DNA from: an uncultured Chloroflexia bacterium
Lineage (GTDB): Bacteria > Chloroflexota > Anaerolineae > Anaerolineales > UBA11858
Length of the DNA stretch: 32,000 nt
NCBI GenBank assembly: GCA_963824175.1
Contig: CAWGOD010000005.1
Coordinates: 138,909 to 170,908 of the forward strand
Direction: 5' to 3'
In this document: positions 18,015 to 29,477 of the stretch, in pieces
Layout: each line of letters opens with the position of its first letter
How positions within the stretch are numbered: position 1 is the first letter of the stretch
The notes under the pieces: generated by a model
What the model saw: the letters and a program-made list of their open reading frames with translations, nothing else
What the model was told of the DNA's origin: nothing
Database searches by the model: none
Program-made: the position numbers and the translations under genes

Positions 18015-19199
18015 ATGAACTCAACTGCAACTTACGGAGAAAAAGGAACTGTCTGGGAGCAAATTTGTATCCTTCCTTAATAAGATTGGCTTTTCACCAT
18101 TGGGTTTGGTCCTGCTGATCATCCTGGCCGTACTGCCCAATTTTTATCCCTTTTCGCAGGAATATATTGTCCGCTGGTTGATCATGGGGGCTTTCCTCGC
18201 CGCCCAGTCTGTGGCGTTTGACTTCACAGCAGGATATATCAACATCGTTAATTTGGTTTTGCCGCCCTGTTGGGGTTGGGAGCCTATACATCAGGTATTC
18301 TTGCCAACACCACTCCCTTTTTGCTTTATGCCCCTGGTCTCAACCCCTGGCTTACGATCTGGCTCGGTGCCATGATGGCCGGACTGGTGGGATTTGTGCT
18401 TGGCATTCTCACACTGCGATTGCGTGGTATTTTTGCCGCCGTGATGGCTTGGTTTGTTGGTATCGCCTTGATGGGGGTGGTCAATAACCTGACCGACCTC
18501 ACCCGCGGCCCACTGGGTATGAACCCGGTGAAATTTATCGATACGCCCAACAACCTGCCTTATTTCTATATCATTTTAGCGATGATGGTTTTTATATACA
18601 TCGTCCTAAAGCTGGTCGTGGGATCCAATATCGGGTTGGCGTTTAAAGCGATCGGCCAAAATCCAGACGCAGCTCGGGCTTCAGGGATCAATCCCACTAA
18701 ATATCTGGTCTTCAACTTCACACTTTCCGCTTTTTTTGCCGGTCTGCTGGGTGGATTCTATGCCCATTTCTTCGGATCCTTAACTCCCAGCACGTTGATG
18801 CACACCTCAAAAACCGTTGAGGTGCTGGCAATTGCCTATATTGGGGGCAGGGGCAGCTTGTGGGGTGGTATCACAATCGCCTTCCCATTTGTGTTCTTCA
18901 TCGAGTTCCTGCGCTCAAACCTTTCCAGTTTGCCTGGCCTGCACCTGGTCATTTATGGTGTTTTGATGGTTTTGATCATGATTTACTACCCAAAAGGTTT
19001 CAGCGGCTTTTACTTCTGGGCAGTTGCCAAAGTGAAAAGCTTCATTCAAGAAAAAATGCACCACGATCCCCCGGAAAAGAACACCCTTGCTGTTCGGCTA
19101 TATGCAGCAGCCAGAATTGACGTCCGTTCTTCTGCGGGGTGTTCGCGGAAGAGAAATATGATTCTCTTTCTCGCTTCTACTTCTCCCCAGATCAAATGA
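18015..19199 (+). CDS. branched-chain-type ABC permease (LivM-like), two frameshifts as written
   Basis: ATG 18015 follows AGGAG. The frames run 0>1>0. One break is a missing T in AATTTGGTTTTGCC near 18250 (expected ..INIVNFGFAALLGLGAYTSG..). The body includes AFKAIGQNPDAARASGINPTKY. The C-terminal 50 codons are doubtful. Confidence 0.75.
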
Positions 19200-19231
19200 C
19201 CAACGAATAAGATATAAGGAGATAATAATCC

Positions 19232-20641
19232 ATGCAACCGACTTGATTACCTCACTGCCTCTAACCTGGAGGCGATCCACCAGGCCACAATGGAAATCCT
19301 CCAGGACATTGGCATCCGCTTCCCCCACCCGGAAGCTCTGGAGATCTTCAAAAAACACGGGTATCAAAGTGGATGGACAATTAGTTTACTTCCAGGAAGA
19401 ACAAGTGATGGAAAAAATCAAGGATATCCCTTCCCTATTCACCATTCAAGCCCGGAACTCTAACCACAACGTCACCATCGGCGATGGCTTTCCCGTATTT
19501 GCCCCCGGTTATGGAGCTCCTTTTTTAATTGATCCCGAAGTTGGCAAACGTGTGCCTACCATACAGGATTATAGAGAATCTGGTCCGGCTGGCCCACATG
19601 CTGCCCAATCAGGATATGAGCGGCCATCTGCTGGTAGAACCCCAGGACATCCCTCCGGAAACTAGCCACCTGCAGATGGTCGCTGCCAATATCCGCTCTC
19701 AGATAAAGCCTTTATTGGCAGCACAGAGGGAAAGAACGGTGCTCAGCACACCATGGATTTGGTCAAAATCCTGTTTGGTGATCCCACCAAAGGCCATTTC
19801 ACCACCGGCCTGATCAACCCGCTCAGCCCGTTAGGCTACAGCATTGATATGGTGGACGCCTTGCTGATCTATGCCCGCTCCAATCAACCAGTCGTGATCG
19901 CCAGCTTGATCATGGCTGGCTCCACTGGCCCGATCACCCTGGCAGGTGTGCTCGCCCAGCAGAATGCAGAATTACTCTCCGGGATCGTCCTCTCGCAGTT
20001 GATCAACCCCGGTGTGCCCGTAATCTACGGATCCACTTCCACCAATATCGATATGAAAACTGGCGGTCTGGCGATCGGCAGCCCCGAGCTTTCCCTGTGC
20101 ATTGCTGCCCATGGCCAGCTGGCCCGTAAATACGGCCTGGCTCAGCAGAGGAGGTGGTGCCCTGACCGATTCCAGCACCCTGGATGCCCAGGCAGGATAT
20201 GAATCCATGTTCAGCCTGTACACCACAATCTACAGCGGCATTGATTTTGTACTCCACGCGGCGGGCATCATCAGCTCCTACCTGGCCTTTTCCTATGAAA
20301 ATTTGTTATGGATGATGAGCTCTGTGGCATGCTGAAACACTTCTTCCGGCGGTATGGAAGTCACCCCTGAAACCCTGGCCGTGGACGTGATCAAAAACGT
20401 CGGTCATGAAGGCCATTATCTGGGAGAGTCCCACACTATCGAACGCTGCCGGACTGAATTCTGGATGCCTGATCTCGGTGACCGCAGCGGCCTGGAAGCC
20501 TGGTGGGGAGGAGAACAGGAAGACACCACAGCCCGCTGTACAAAACACTGGGAGAAACTGCTCAATGAATACCAAGAGCCTGATCTGGACCCATCCGTGA
20601 AAAAACAAATCCAGGAATACCTCGACCAAGAACTCAGTTAA
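19232..20641 (+). pseudogene. MttB-superfamily (non-pyrrolysine) methyltransferase paralog 1, disrupted
   Basis: AAGGAG lies 10 nt before ATG 19232. The reconstructed protein is MQP.LDYLTASNLEAIHQATMEILQDIGIRFPHPEALEIFKKHG..GLINPLSPLGYSIDMVDALLIYARSNQPVVIASLIMAGSTGPITLAG..GGGALTDSSTLDAQAGYES..GHEGHYLGESHT. Reading it needs at least six frame changes. Confidence 0.8.
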
Positions 20642-20781
20642 ACGCGGATTGGGGCGATAAAAATACCTGCTTTGTATTACATATATCGAATATTGCCCCA
20701 ATCCCTTCCTCCTCTGATATATTTGTAATATACTAAGAGATAGAAGCATAGATATACGATCGAATTATGCAAGGAGAAATC

Positions 20782-21649
20782 ATGACAGAGAACCTGAAAA
20801 CCATACGTCAGTTCACGAAACAAAAACAGTAGAGATCCATCGCTCCAAACCCACCGTGATTATTGGAGAAAGGATCAACCCCACTGGCAGAAAATCCCTG
20901 CTGGCAGAGCTCAAAGAAGGTAAATTTGATATCGTCAAACGTGATGCCGTTGCCCAGGTGGAAGCAGGCGCAGCCATCATCGATGTCAATGCCGGTGTAC
21001 CAGGCGTTGACGAAGAACCTATTCTGAAAGACATGATGCACGCTGTCATGGAAGTCACAGACGCCCCCCTCTGCATTGACACAGCGGATACTACCGCCCT
21101 CGAATCTGCCCTTTCCATATATAAAGGGAAAGCCTTGATCAACTCGGTCAATGGTGAGGAAGAACGACTAGAAGCTGTTCTGCCCCTTGTGAAGGAGTAT
21201 GACGCTTCTGTGATCGCTCTCTGCATGGACGATGATGGCATCCCCCCCACAGCCAAGGACCGTTTCAACGTGGCCGCCAAAATGATCGAGCGAGCAGACA
21301 AACTGGGCATCTCCGCTAGAGAGGTTGATCTTTGATCCCCTGGCTTTGACGATGGGATCCGATCACAATTCCGGCATGATTGCCATCGATACCATCCGCA
21401 TGATTGTGAATGAATTTGGAGCCAATATCACCATGGGAGCCAGCAACATATCCTTTGGCCTGCCGGACCGACCGGTTATCAACGCCACATTTATTGCCAT
21501 GTCCATCCTGGCGGGCTGACCTGCCCCATCACAAATCCCCTGGAAGAAGAAGTCAATCTGGCATCCAGGCAGCCGATCTGGTCATGGCAAGGGATGAATT
21601 CGGCATGAACTGGATCAAGGCCTTCCGAGCCCGATCCAAGGAATCCTGA
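20782..21649 (+). pseudogene. pterin-binding methyl-corrinoid:tetrahydrofolate methyltransferase (AcsE/MtgA/MtqA-like), disrupted
   Basis: VIIGERINPTGRKSLLAELKEG, AGAAIIDVNAG, LCIDTAD, ALINSVNGE, LIFDPLALTMG and ASNISFGLPDRPVINATFIAM resemble MeTr/AcsE. There are three frameshifts, near 21330, 21515 and 21560. The start is either ATG 20782 (good AAGGAG, but needs one more shift) or GTG 20856. Confidence 0.75.
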
Positions 21650-21657
21650 GACAAACT

Positions 21658-22310
21658 ATGAATCAAACCAACGCTGAGCAAGCCTATCAGGAAATAAAAA
21701 AGAGGATCATCAGAACCGAGCTGGCTCCTGGTGCTGTGATTAATGAATCGGAGTTGATGGACGAACTTGGATTTGGCAGAACACCGATCAGGGAAGCCCT
21801 GAAAAGGCTTGCAGTCAGATGATCTGGTGGTTGTAAAACCCCGTCGGGGAATCTTTGTGTCCGAGCTGGCCATCACAGATCTTATCTCAAATCTTTGAGG
21901 TCCGGATAGAGCTGGAAGCCCTGGCCGTCCGACTGGCCTGCCAGCGAATCTCGCGATGAAGAGCTTCAAACGACTGGAAAATCTAGCCGATCAGTACACA
22001 AAAACTCAACTGACAACTCGAAAGAAGAGATGATCGACCTGGATGGAAAATTCCATGCCTTGATCCGGGAAGCCACCCACAACCGATTCCTGATTTCCAA
22101 TCTGGAGTATTTTTACAATCTTTCCTTGCGGATCTGGTACCTGGCACTGCCCCAAGCTGCAGCAGAGGAAATTGATGTCAAGGCCCACTGCGATATCTAC
22201 TCAGGCCATCGCCGCCGGGGAATGAGGAATTGGCCGCAGAAAGAATTGCCAAACACATTCGGGATTTTCACAAAACCATAAAAAACTATCTTATAAATCA
22301 AATAAACTAA
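21658..22310 (+). pseudogene. GntR-family (FadR/FCD-type) transcriptional regulator 1, disrupted
   Basis: The N-terminal wHTH is AYQEIKKRIIRTELAPGAVINESELMDELGFGRTPIREALKRL. FCD-like helices follow (IFEVRIELEALAVRLA, KFHALIREATHNRFL). At least five frame changes. Confidence 0.7.
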
Positions 22311-22347
22311 TTCATCCACAACAAGCAAAATAAGGAGGCTAATTCAA

Positions 22348-22985
22348 ATGAGCGAAATTTTATCCACCATTTCCACCCTGGTCATCGAAGGAAACTTCGC
22401 GGACATGGTGGACATAACCAACGCAGCTCTCGAAGAAGGTTTGGGAGCTGAAGAAATCCTCAACAACGGGCTTATGCCAGGTATGGACCACGTTGGTGTG
22501 GAGTTCAAAGCCGGCAACATGTTCGTCCCCGAAGTGCTGCGTTCAGCAAAAGCCATGCAGGAAGCCATGGACATCATCCGCCCCATGCTGGCGGAATCCG
22601 GGGCAGAGACTGCTCGGCAAGGTCCTGCTGGGGACAGTCAAAGGCGACCTGCATGATATTGGCAAAAACCTGGTTGGCATGATGTGCGAAGGCGCTGGTT
22701 TTGAGATCATTGACCTCGGCAAGGATGTTGAGCCAGAAGCTTTCGTCGAAGCAGTAAAAGAGCACAAACCCAACATCCTGGGCATGTCCGCTCTGCTGAC
22801 CACCACCATGCGAGTCCATGGAACGCACCATCAAAGCCCTGGAAGAAGCTGGCGTGCGCGACACCGTCAAAATCATGATCGGCGGCGCTCCTGTTACCCA
22901 GGACTTTGCGGACCAGATCGGCGCCGACGGCTATGCGGCCAATGCTGCTTCCGCCTCTGAAATGGCCAAACAGTTTGCCGGTTAA
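22348..22985 (+). CDS. cobalamin-binding corrinoid protein 1 (MttC/MtgC-like), two frameshifts as written
   Basis: A B12-binding cap helix bundle, then the GTVKGDLHDIGKNLV (DxHxxG), GMSALLTTTM and IMIGGAPV motifs. The frames run 1>2>0, with breaks near 22610 and 22810. Confidence 0.85.
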
Positions 22986-23014
22986 TACAGGAATTAACCT
23001 CAAGGAGCAAAAGT

Positions 23015-24483
23015 ATGAGAACAAATTACCGAGCAAATTCCGGCGTGCGGTTCCGGATGTTATCAGATGATCAGATTGAGGAGCTGTTTGACGGCGTACT
23101 CCATGTCCTGGAATATATTGGACTGGAAGTAAAACATGAACATGCCAGCGAGGTCCTGAAAGAAGCTGGCGCCTGGGTAGATGGAGATCGAGTCCGACTG
23201 CCATCCTACATGGTCAAGGATGCCCTATCCAAAGCCCCCCGCAGCTTTACTATCTATGCCCGCGACGGCAATCCCGAACATGATATTCACATTGGCCCCG
23301 GGCGAGCTCACTTTGGCCCCGGCCCAACCTGTGTGAATTTCATTGATGTGGAGACCATGGAACGGCGCCCTTACCAGCTCAGCGATGTGCCCATACGTCG
23401 CCAAGGTAGTGGACTCCCTGCCCAATATCGATTTCTGCGAATCCCTGGGATCCGTGGACAATGTCCCCTATGACCTCAGTGCCCTATACGAATTTGCGGA
23501 GATGTTCCGCTACACCACCAAACCCATTGTGGCCTGGTCATTTGATTATTATGACTCCAATGCCATTCACCGTATTGCCGTTGAAGAAGCCGGCGGACAG
23601 GATGCCTTTGAGAAACGCCCCACCTATATCCATTACTGTGAACCGCTTTCCCCGCTGATCTCCACCACAGATTCCCTCAATAAACTGGTCTTCGCGGCTG
23701 AAAAACGAATTCCCCTGATCTTCACCCCCTGCCCCCTGGCAGGCGGCACTGCCCCGGTTACCCCCGCGGGTATCATTATCCAGGCCGCAGCAGAATCCTG
23801 GATGGGGCTTGACCATCGCCCAGAACATTCAGCCAGGAAAGCCCTTCATCATGGGCGGCGTGCTTTCCGTGATGGATATGAGCGCCATGATCCTCAGCTA
23901 CGGCGCGCCCGAGCTTTCTCTGATGATGGCTGGCATCACTGAACTGGCCCATTTTGCGGGACTGCCGCTCTGGCAGACCGGTGGATGCACTGATTCCAAG
24001 ACCTTTGACGAGCAGGCTATCACCGAAGGATCCCTATCTGTGTTCTTCTCCGCTCTTACTGGCGGCGACCTTTGCCATGATGTTGGCTACACCGAAAGCG
24101 GCATGACCGGCTCAGTTTTCCAGCTGACCGCCATGGATGAGGCCATTGGTTATGCCCGCCGCATCACCCGGGGCATTGAGGTCAACGAAGACACCCTGGC
24201 TGTGGATGCAATCCACCGGGTTGGTCCCAATGGACATTACCTGAAAGACGAACACACCCGCCGCTACTACAAATCCGAATACTGGCTGCCCAATCTGAAT
24301 GACCGGACCTCCTATGAAGACTGGGTGATGATGGGCGAAAAATCATTCAAGGACCGCACAGTCGCCAGAGTTCAGAAAATCCTAGCCGAATATGAACAGG
24401 TACCCCTGAAACCTGAAACTGAAAAACTGATTGACAAGGTTTTAGCAGAAGCAGAAGAATGGGTGAAGCAGCAAGAAGATTAA
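23015..24483 (+). CDS. MttB-superfamily (non-pyrrolysine) methyltransferase paralog 2, two frameshifts as written
   Basis: LSDDQIEELFDGVLHVLEYIGLEV, YCEPLSPLISTTDSL, PLIFTPCPLAGGTAPVTPAG, WQTGGCTDSKTFDEQA, GPNGHYLKDEHT. The frames run 2>0>1, with breaks near 23390 and 23810. Confidence 0.85.
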
Positions 24484-24500
24484 TGAGGAGATCATAAAAA

Positions 24501-25168
24501 ATGAGTGAAAAAATATTTGAGAAACTATCTACTGCAATTCTGGAAGGCGACAGCGATGCCAGCGCTTCCCTCACCCAGCAGGGACTTGATGAAGGCGTTA
24601 CCCCCGAGGAATTGCTAAATAAAGGGCTGATTGTGGGCATGGACGAAGTTGGTGTCCGTTTTAAAGCCGGCGACATGTTTGTTCCTGAAGTTCTGATGTC
24701 CGCTGAGTCCATGGCCTCCGGTATGACCTGCTCCGTCCACTTCTGGTCGAAAGCGGCGCCCAAATGGCAGGAAAGATTGTCATGGGCACAGTGAAAGGCG
24801 ACCTGCATGATATTGGCAAAAACCTGGTAAGTATGATGTGTGAAGGTGCCGGGTTTGAGATCGTCAATATCGGTTTTGACGCTGCACCCGAAAAATTCAT
24901 CGAAGCAATCAAGGAACACCAGCCAGAGATCGTCGGCATGTCCGCCATGCTGACCACCACCATGCGCGCCATGGGCCACACCATCAAAGCCATTGAAGAA
25001 GCCGGTTTGCGCGACAAGGTCAAGATAATGGTCGGCGGCGCCCCGGTTGACCAGGAATTTGCAGACAGGATCGGCGCAGATGGATACGGCGCCAATGCCC
25101 CTGCCTCTTCCGAATTGGCGAAACAAATGGTCGGACTTGAGCTGAGAGGAGAAAAACATGCAAGTTAA
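24501..25168 (+). CDS. cobalamin-binding corrinoid protein 2, one frameshift as written
   Basis: Paralog of 22348-22985 with GTVKGDLHDIGKNLV, GMSAMLTTTM and IMVGGAPV. The break near 24730 is consistent with a lost G in ATGGACCTG. The stop overlaps the next gene by 11 nt. Confidence 0.85.
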
Positions 25169-26664
25169 AAAAACAAACTACCTAGTCAACAGTACACCGA
25201 CATTTGAAGTGCTCACTCAGGAAGAGATCGAAGCCATTTATTACGCGGCCTTACTGTCCTCTCTGAGACCGGTGTTCGCGTGTATAACAAAGAGGGTTAC
25301 GATCTACTGGGCGCACATGGCGCAACTGTCGAAGATGTGGAAGAAGACAGCGCCCTGGTAAAACTGCCGCCAGAAATGGTGGATATTGCTCTCTCAACCC
25401 TGCCCCGCAAGGTTGTCATTTACGGCGCGGATCCCGAAAAATACAAAATGGAGCTGTTCAAAAACCAGATCTATTTTGGCGCTGGATCGGACACTCCCTT
25501 CACCATTGATCCCTATACCGGAGAACGCCGCCGGGCCGTGTATAAGGACGTCAAGAACTTCGCCCGCCTGGCGCAGGCCCTGCCCAACCTGGACTTCCAT
25601 ATGTCCCTGGGCATCGTGCAGGATACCGCGGTCGGAACCTATGACCGCTGGCAGTACCTGGCCATGCTGGAAGGCACCACCAAGCCGATTAACATCACCG
25701 CCGTAGATAAAGACGGTTTGAAGGACCAGCTGGAAATGGCTTACATCCGTGTGGGCGGGGAAAAGGAATGGTTAAAAACCCCCATTTTTTCCCTCTACAT
25801 CGAGCCTGTGTCCCCCCTCAGCCACTCGTTCGAAGTGATCGATAAACTTCTCTTCTGTGCTGATCATCGCATCCCGTTTGTGTATACACCCTGCCCATTA
25901 GCCGGGGCGACTTCCCCGGCCACACTGGCAGGCACCGCAGTGCAAGCCCTGACGGAGAGTTTGCTGGGCATCGTTCTCAGTCAGCTGCGCCGCCCGGGCG
26001 CCCCCATGATCATCGGCGGTTTGATGTCCGCTATGGACATGCGCACAGCAGTATACTCCTACGGTTCACCAGAAATGGCACTGCTTAGCGCAGCCTACAC
26101 CCAGATCACCAAATGGCTCGGCGTACCCGAATACGAGACGGCAGGATGTTCAGATGCCAAGATGTACGATGAGCAGGCCGCCATGGAAGCCACTATGAAC
26201 ATCGCCACTGCTGCCCTGGTCGGCGGCAATATGATCCACGATGTAGGCTACCTGGAGCAGGGACTGACCAGCTCCGCAGAGATGATGGTTGCCTCAGATG
26301 AGATCATTGATATGGTCAAACGCATCCTGAGAGGAATTCCCGTCGATGACGAGCAGCAGAGCCCTGAATGTCATCAATGATGTTGGTCCCGGCGGCCACT
26401 ACCTGGCCCATGACCATACCTTTGATCGCTTCAAAGATGTCATCTGGCAGCCCAAATTGCTTGACCGCCAGAACTTTGAAGGTTGGGAAGCTTCCGGAAG
26501 CAAGACCCACCGCCAGCGTGTCAACGAACGCGTCACGGGAAATCCTGGATCGCGAAGATGAACCCCTCCTGGATAAGAAGATGTTCAAGGAGCTCAAGCG
26601 CATCTGCGACCTGGCTGATGAGAAATACAAAGACCAGGAACTGGATCTAGATATGTTTGTGTAG
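25158..26664 (+). pseudogene. MttB-superfamily (non-pyrrolysine) methyltransferase paralog 3, disrupted
   Basis: LTQEEIEAIYYAAL, YIEPVSPLSHSFEVIDKL, PFVYTPCPLAGATSPATLAG, ETAGCSDAKMYDEQAA, GPGGHYLAHDHT. The frames run 0>2>0>1. The main piece is ORF 25280-26380. Confidence 0.85.
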
Positions 26665-26688
26665 GATATCTATCAGTTGAAAAGACAA

Positions 26689-26730
26689 GGGGCGTGATCA
26701 GGGATTAATCATCGGTCACGCCCTTTGATT
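26689..26730 (+). terminator. rho-independent-type terminator after MttB paralog 3
   Basis: GGGGCGTGA-18 nt-TCACGCCC followed by TTTGATTG, 25 nt after stop 26664. Confidence 0.5.
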
Positions 26731-26746
26731 GTCATGAGGTAGGAAG

Positions 26747-28760
26747 ATGAACAAAAAAATCCCGCCAGAAAATCTAGTATTGGGCATTGATACTGGAGGA
26801 ACTTACACCGATGGTGTGCTGCTGGAATATAACACCCACCAGATCATCGCCGCCCACAAAAGCCTGACAACCAAACGCGATTTTTCGATTGGGATTGAAA
26901 ATGTGATCAAAGAGATAGAACTGGAGGATCCTTCCGCGATCCAGATGGTCTCAATCTCCACCACTTTGGCAACCAATGCCATTGCCGAAGGGAAAGGCAA
27001 ACGTGTCGCTCTGTTCTTAATCGGATATGATCCCGATCTGATCAATTCCTTCGACATGGGAAAACGATTCTGCTACACCCCATTATTACTACATCGATGG
27101 GGGACATGACCTTCATGGCCAAGAAAAAGCGCCCCTTGATCTTCCAGATTTGCTTGAAAAAACCAAAGCCAATCAAGAACAAAGTGGACGCCATAGCAGT
27201 CTCATCCTATTTCAGTCCCCGCAATCCTGAACATGAAATCCGGGCCCAGAACGCAATAACCAGTGTCTGCGAGCTGCCTATCGTGCTCGGTCACCAGCTG
27301 TCCACATCGCTTGGGTTCTATGGAACGGGCAACCACTGCGGCACTGAACGCTTCCCTTCTGGCTGTGCTCCAGGATTTCATCATCGCCGTGCGCCGGGCC
27401 ATGGAGAATCGGGGAATTAATGCCCCACTGATGGTTGTTCGCGGTGATGGCACCTTGATGAACGACTGAATTTGCCGCCCAGTCTCCAGTGGAAACGATC
27501 CACTCTGGCCCCGCAGCAAGCGCGATCGGCGGCAAGATTTTTATCTGGTGAAGACCAGGCCCTGGTGCTTGATGTTGGCGGAACAACCACCGATCTAGCA
27601 TTGATCAAGGATGGCAAAGTCACAGTATCTGAAACCGGCGCATCCGTATCTGGCTATCAAACTGCTGTAAAAGCTGCCAATCTATTATCTATTGGGCTGG
27701 GCGGGGACAGCCATATCACTCTAGGACGAGGGAAATGAGATATCTCATCGGTCCAGAACGAGTGGTTCCGCTGGCTTATCTATCTCATCATACATAAAAA
27801 TGTTAGCGAACGACTGAAAGCACTTGCTAAACGGGGCTGGCCTGCCCCCTATCCCCGGGAGTTTGAATACTGGTTCCTGCAGCGGGAAGTTACCTGATCA
27901 AAATTCCTTCACAGCACGGGAACAACAGGTTATCGAGATCCTGAGATCAGGCCCAAAACCTGCCACTGAAGTGCTTAAATCCCTGGGTTTACTGGATCCC
28001 AGCCAGATCGATCTCAGCAATCTGTGGCGGGAAGAAATTACTGGCAAATCAGGTTTCACACCCACAGATATCCTCCACGTGGAGGGACAACATACACCCT
28101 GGGATGGAGAGGCCAGCAAAGCCGCCCTGACTGTGTTCAGCCATTACCTTAATTGGGAGGAGGATGCATTTCGAACGCGTTTTCTGGGAAAGCGTGTCGC
28201 GAGAAAATAGTCAAGGCTGTGATCTATTTCTTGACCGAAAAGGATATACCTGCCCGGAACACAGCCCATTCACAACCTGGCGAACTGGTTCCTGAACAAC
28301 TCGCTGAAACCTGAACACGAGCAGCTGGCAACCCAGATCAACCTTAAATTCCCTCTGATCGGGATTGGTGCTCCAGCAGAGGTTATGCTGGAGAATGACT
28401 GCCCGAATATTACATACGGATCTAGTATCTGCCGGCTCATTATCAGGTCGCCAACGCGGCCGGGGCGGTTGCCGGGAGCGTCATGGTAACTGAAGAGATC
28501 CTGATATACCCGCACTTCTCTGCTGGAGATGTGGATGTGATTGGATATTACCTCCAGTCCCGGGACAGAACGAGAGGAAATAGAAGAACTGGATGATGCT
28601 CTCGCCAAAGCAAAAGAGATTGCTGGGGAAAACGCCTCAGTGCTGCCCTGCGCTCCGGCGCAGACAACCCCCAGGTGATATCTAGAAGTAATCCAGGATG
28701 GGATGGACAGTTACCGTGATGAAAGCCAAGGCAGTTGGAAAACCCCGCCTGGAAGGATAG
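26747..28760 (+). pseudogene. hydantoinase/oxoprolinase-family (ASKHA fold, MutL/GlmL-like) protein, heavily disrupted
   Basis: LGIDTGGTYTDGVL (Hydant_A_N-type phosphate-1 motif), SISTTLATNAIAEGKG, MVVRGDGTLMN, ALVLDVGGTTTDLALI, LSIGLGGDSHI. It can be followed across at least six frame changes and several stops, to ..TVTVMKAKAVGKPRLEG* (TAG 28758-28760). Confidence 0.6.
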
Positions 28761-28770
28761 GAAGAATTAG

Positions 28771-29419
28771 ATGAAAATGAATAAAGTTGATACCGAAAAA
28801 GTTTACCAGCTCTTATGGGAGAAAATAACCTCCCTGGAACTGGCACCAGGAGAGATCCTGGATATCGCCGCTCTGGCAGATGAAATGGGTTTTTCACAAA
28901 CATCCATTCGGGAGGCCCTCAGTATGCTTGTCCACGACCACCTGGTGGAAGCTCCTCCGCGAGGTTTATATGTTGCCGAGTCTAAAGTTCAGCGATCTGG
29001 AAAAAATCAGCACGATCCGCCTGAATCTAGAAACCCTGGCTGCACAGCAGGCGGTCCGCAACGCCAGCAAAGATGATCTGGTCATCCTGAGTACTTTATG
29101 TGAAGAAGTTGCCCAGGATACCCGCGAGTTATTTAAGCTAGACCAGAGATTTCACCAGGCCATCGCCAGGGCTGGCCCACAACAGCTACCTGGCTGACAC
29201 TCTTGGATCATTTTTATGGACTTTCTAAACGGCTGTGGTTTTTAGCCCTCCCCTACCTGGATTTCCTTCCCAGCGCAGTGAAATCACATATAAATCTGGT
29301 CGCAGCCATTCAGGAAGAAAATGAATCCGCTGGCCATGGAAATCATGCAAAACCACATCGAGGAATTTTATCAAAAAATCCAAGAGATCATTAAGGATAA
29401 AAATCTTATCAGAGAATAG
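28771..29419 (+). pseudogene. GntR-family (FCD-type) transcriptional regulator 2, disrupted
   Basis: VYQLLWEKITSLELAPGEILDIAALADEMGFSQTSIREALSMLVHDHLVE, then IRLNLETLAAQQAV, DQRFHQAIARA and SHINLVAAIQEENE. At least three frame changes. Paralog of 21658-22310. Confidence 0.7.
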
Positions 29420-29477
29420 TTGGTTTTTTCAATGATCAGCTTTAACTTTTATTGGTAATTGGAATGGAGCAGAAAAC

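Noticed and set aside
15480-25159. Long antisense ORFs (for example 15480-16067 -, 20813-21310 -, 22707-23204 -, 24347-25159 -, and also 2223-2801 - and 31123-31671 -).
   Set aside because: Each lies opposite a sense-strand gene with clear family motifs. Their translations are Ser/Arg/Pro-rich shadows without recognisable domains.
19232-26664. Pyrrolysine (UAG read-through) in the MttB-family genes, which is tempting because archaeal MttB carries an in-frame amber codon.
   Set aside because: None of the three paralogs has a TAG at the Pyl-equivalent position (GGGALTDS, GGCTDSK, AGCSDAK). TAG serves as the ordinary stop for several genes here (hutI, the response regulator, gene C). I saw no pylTSBCD genes in the window. 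The interruptions are frame changes, not amber codons.
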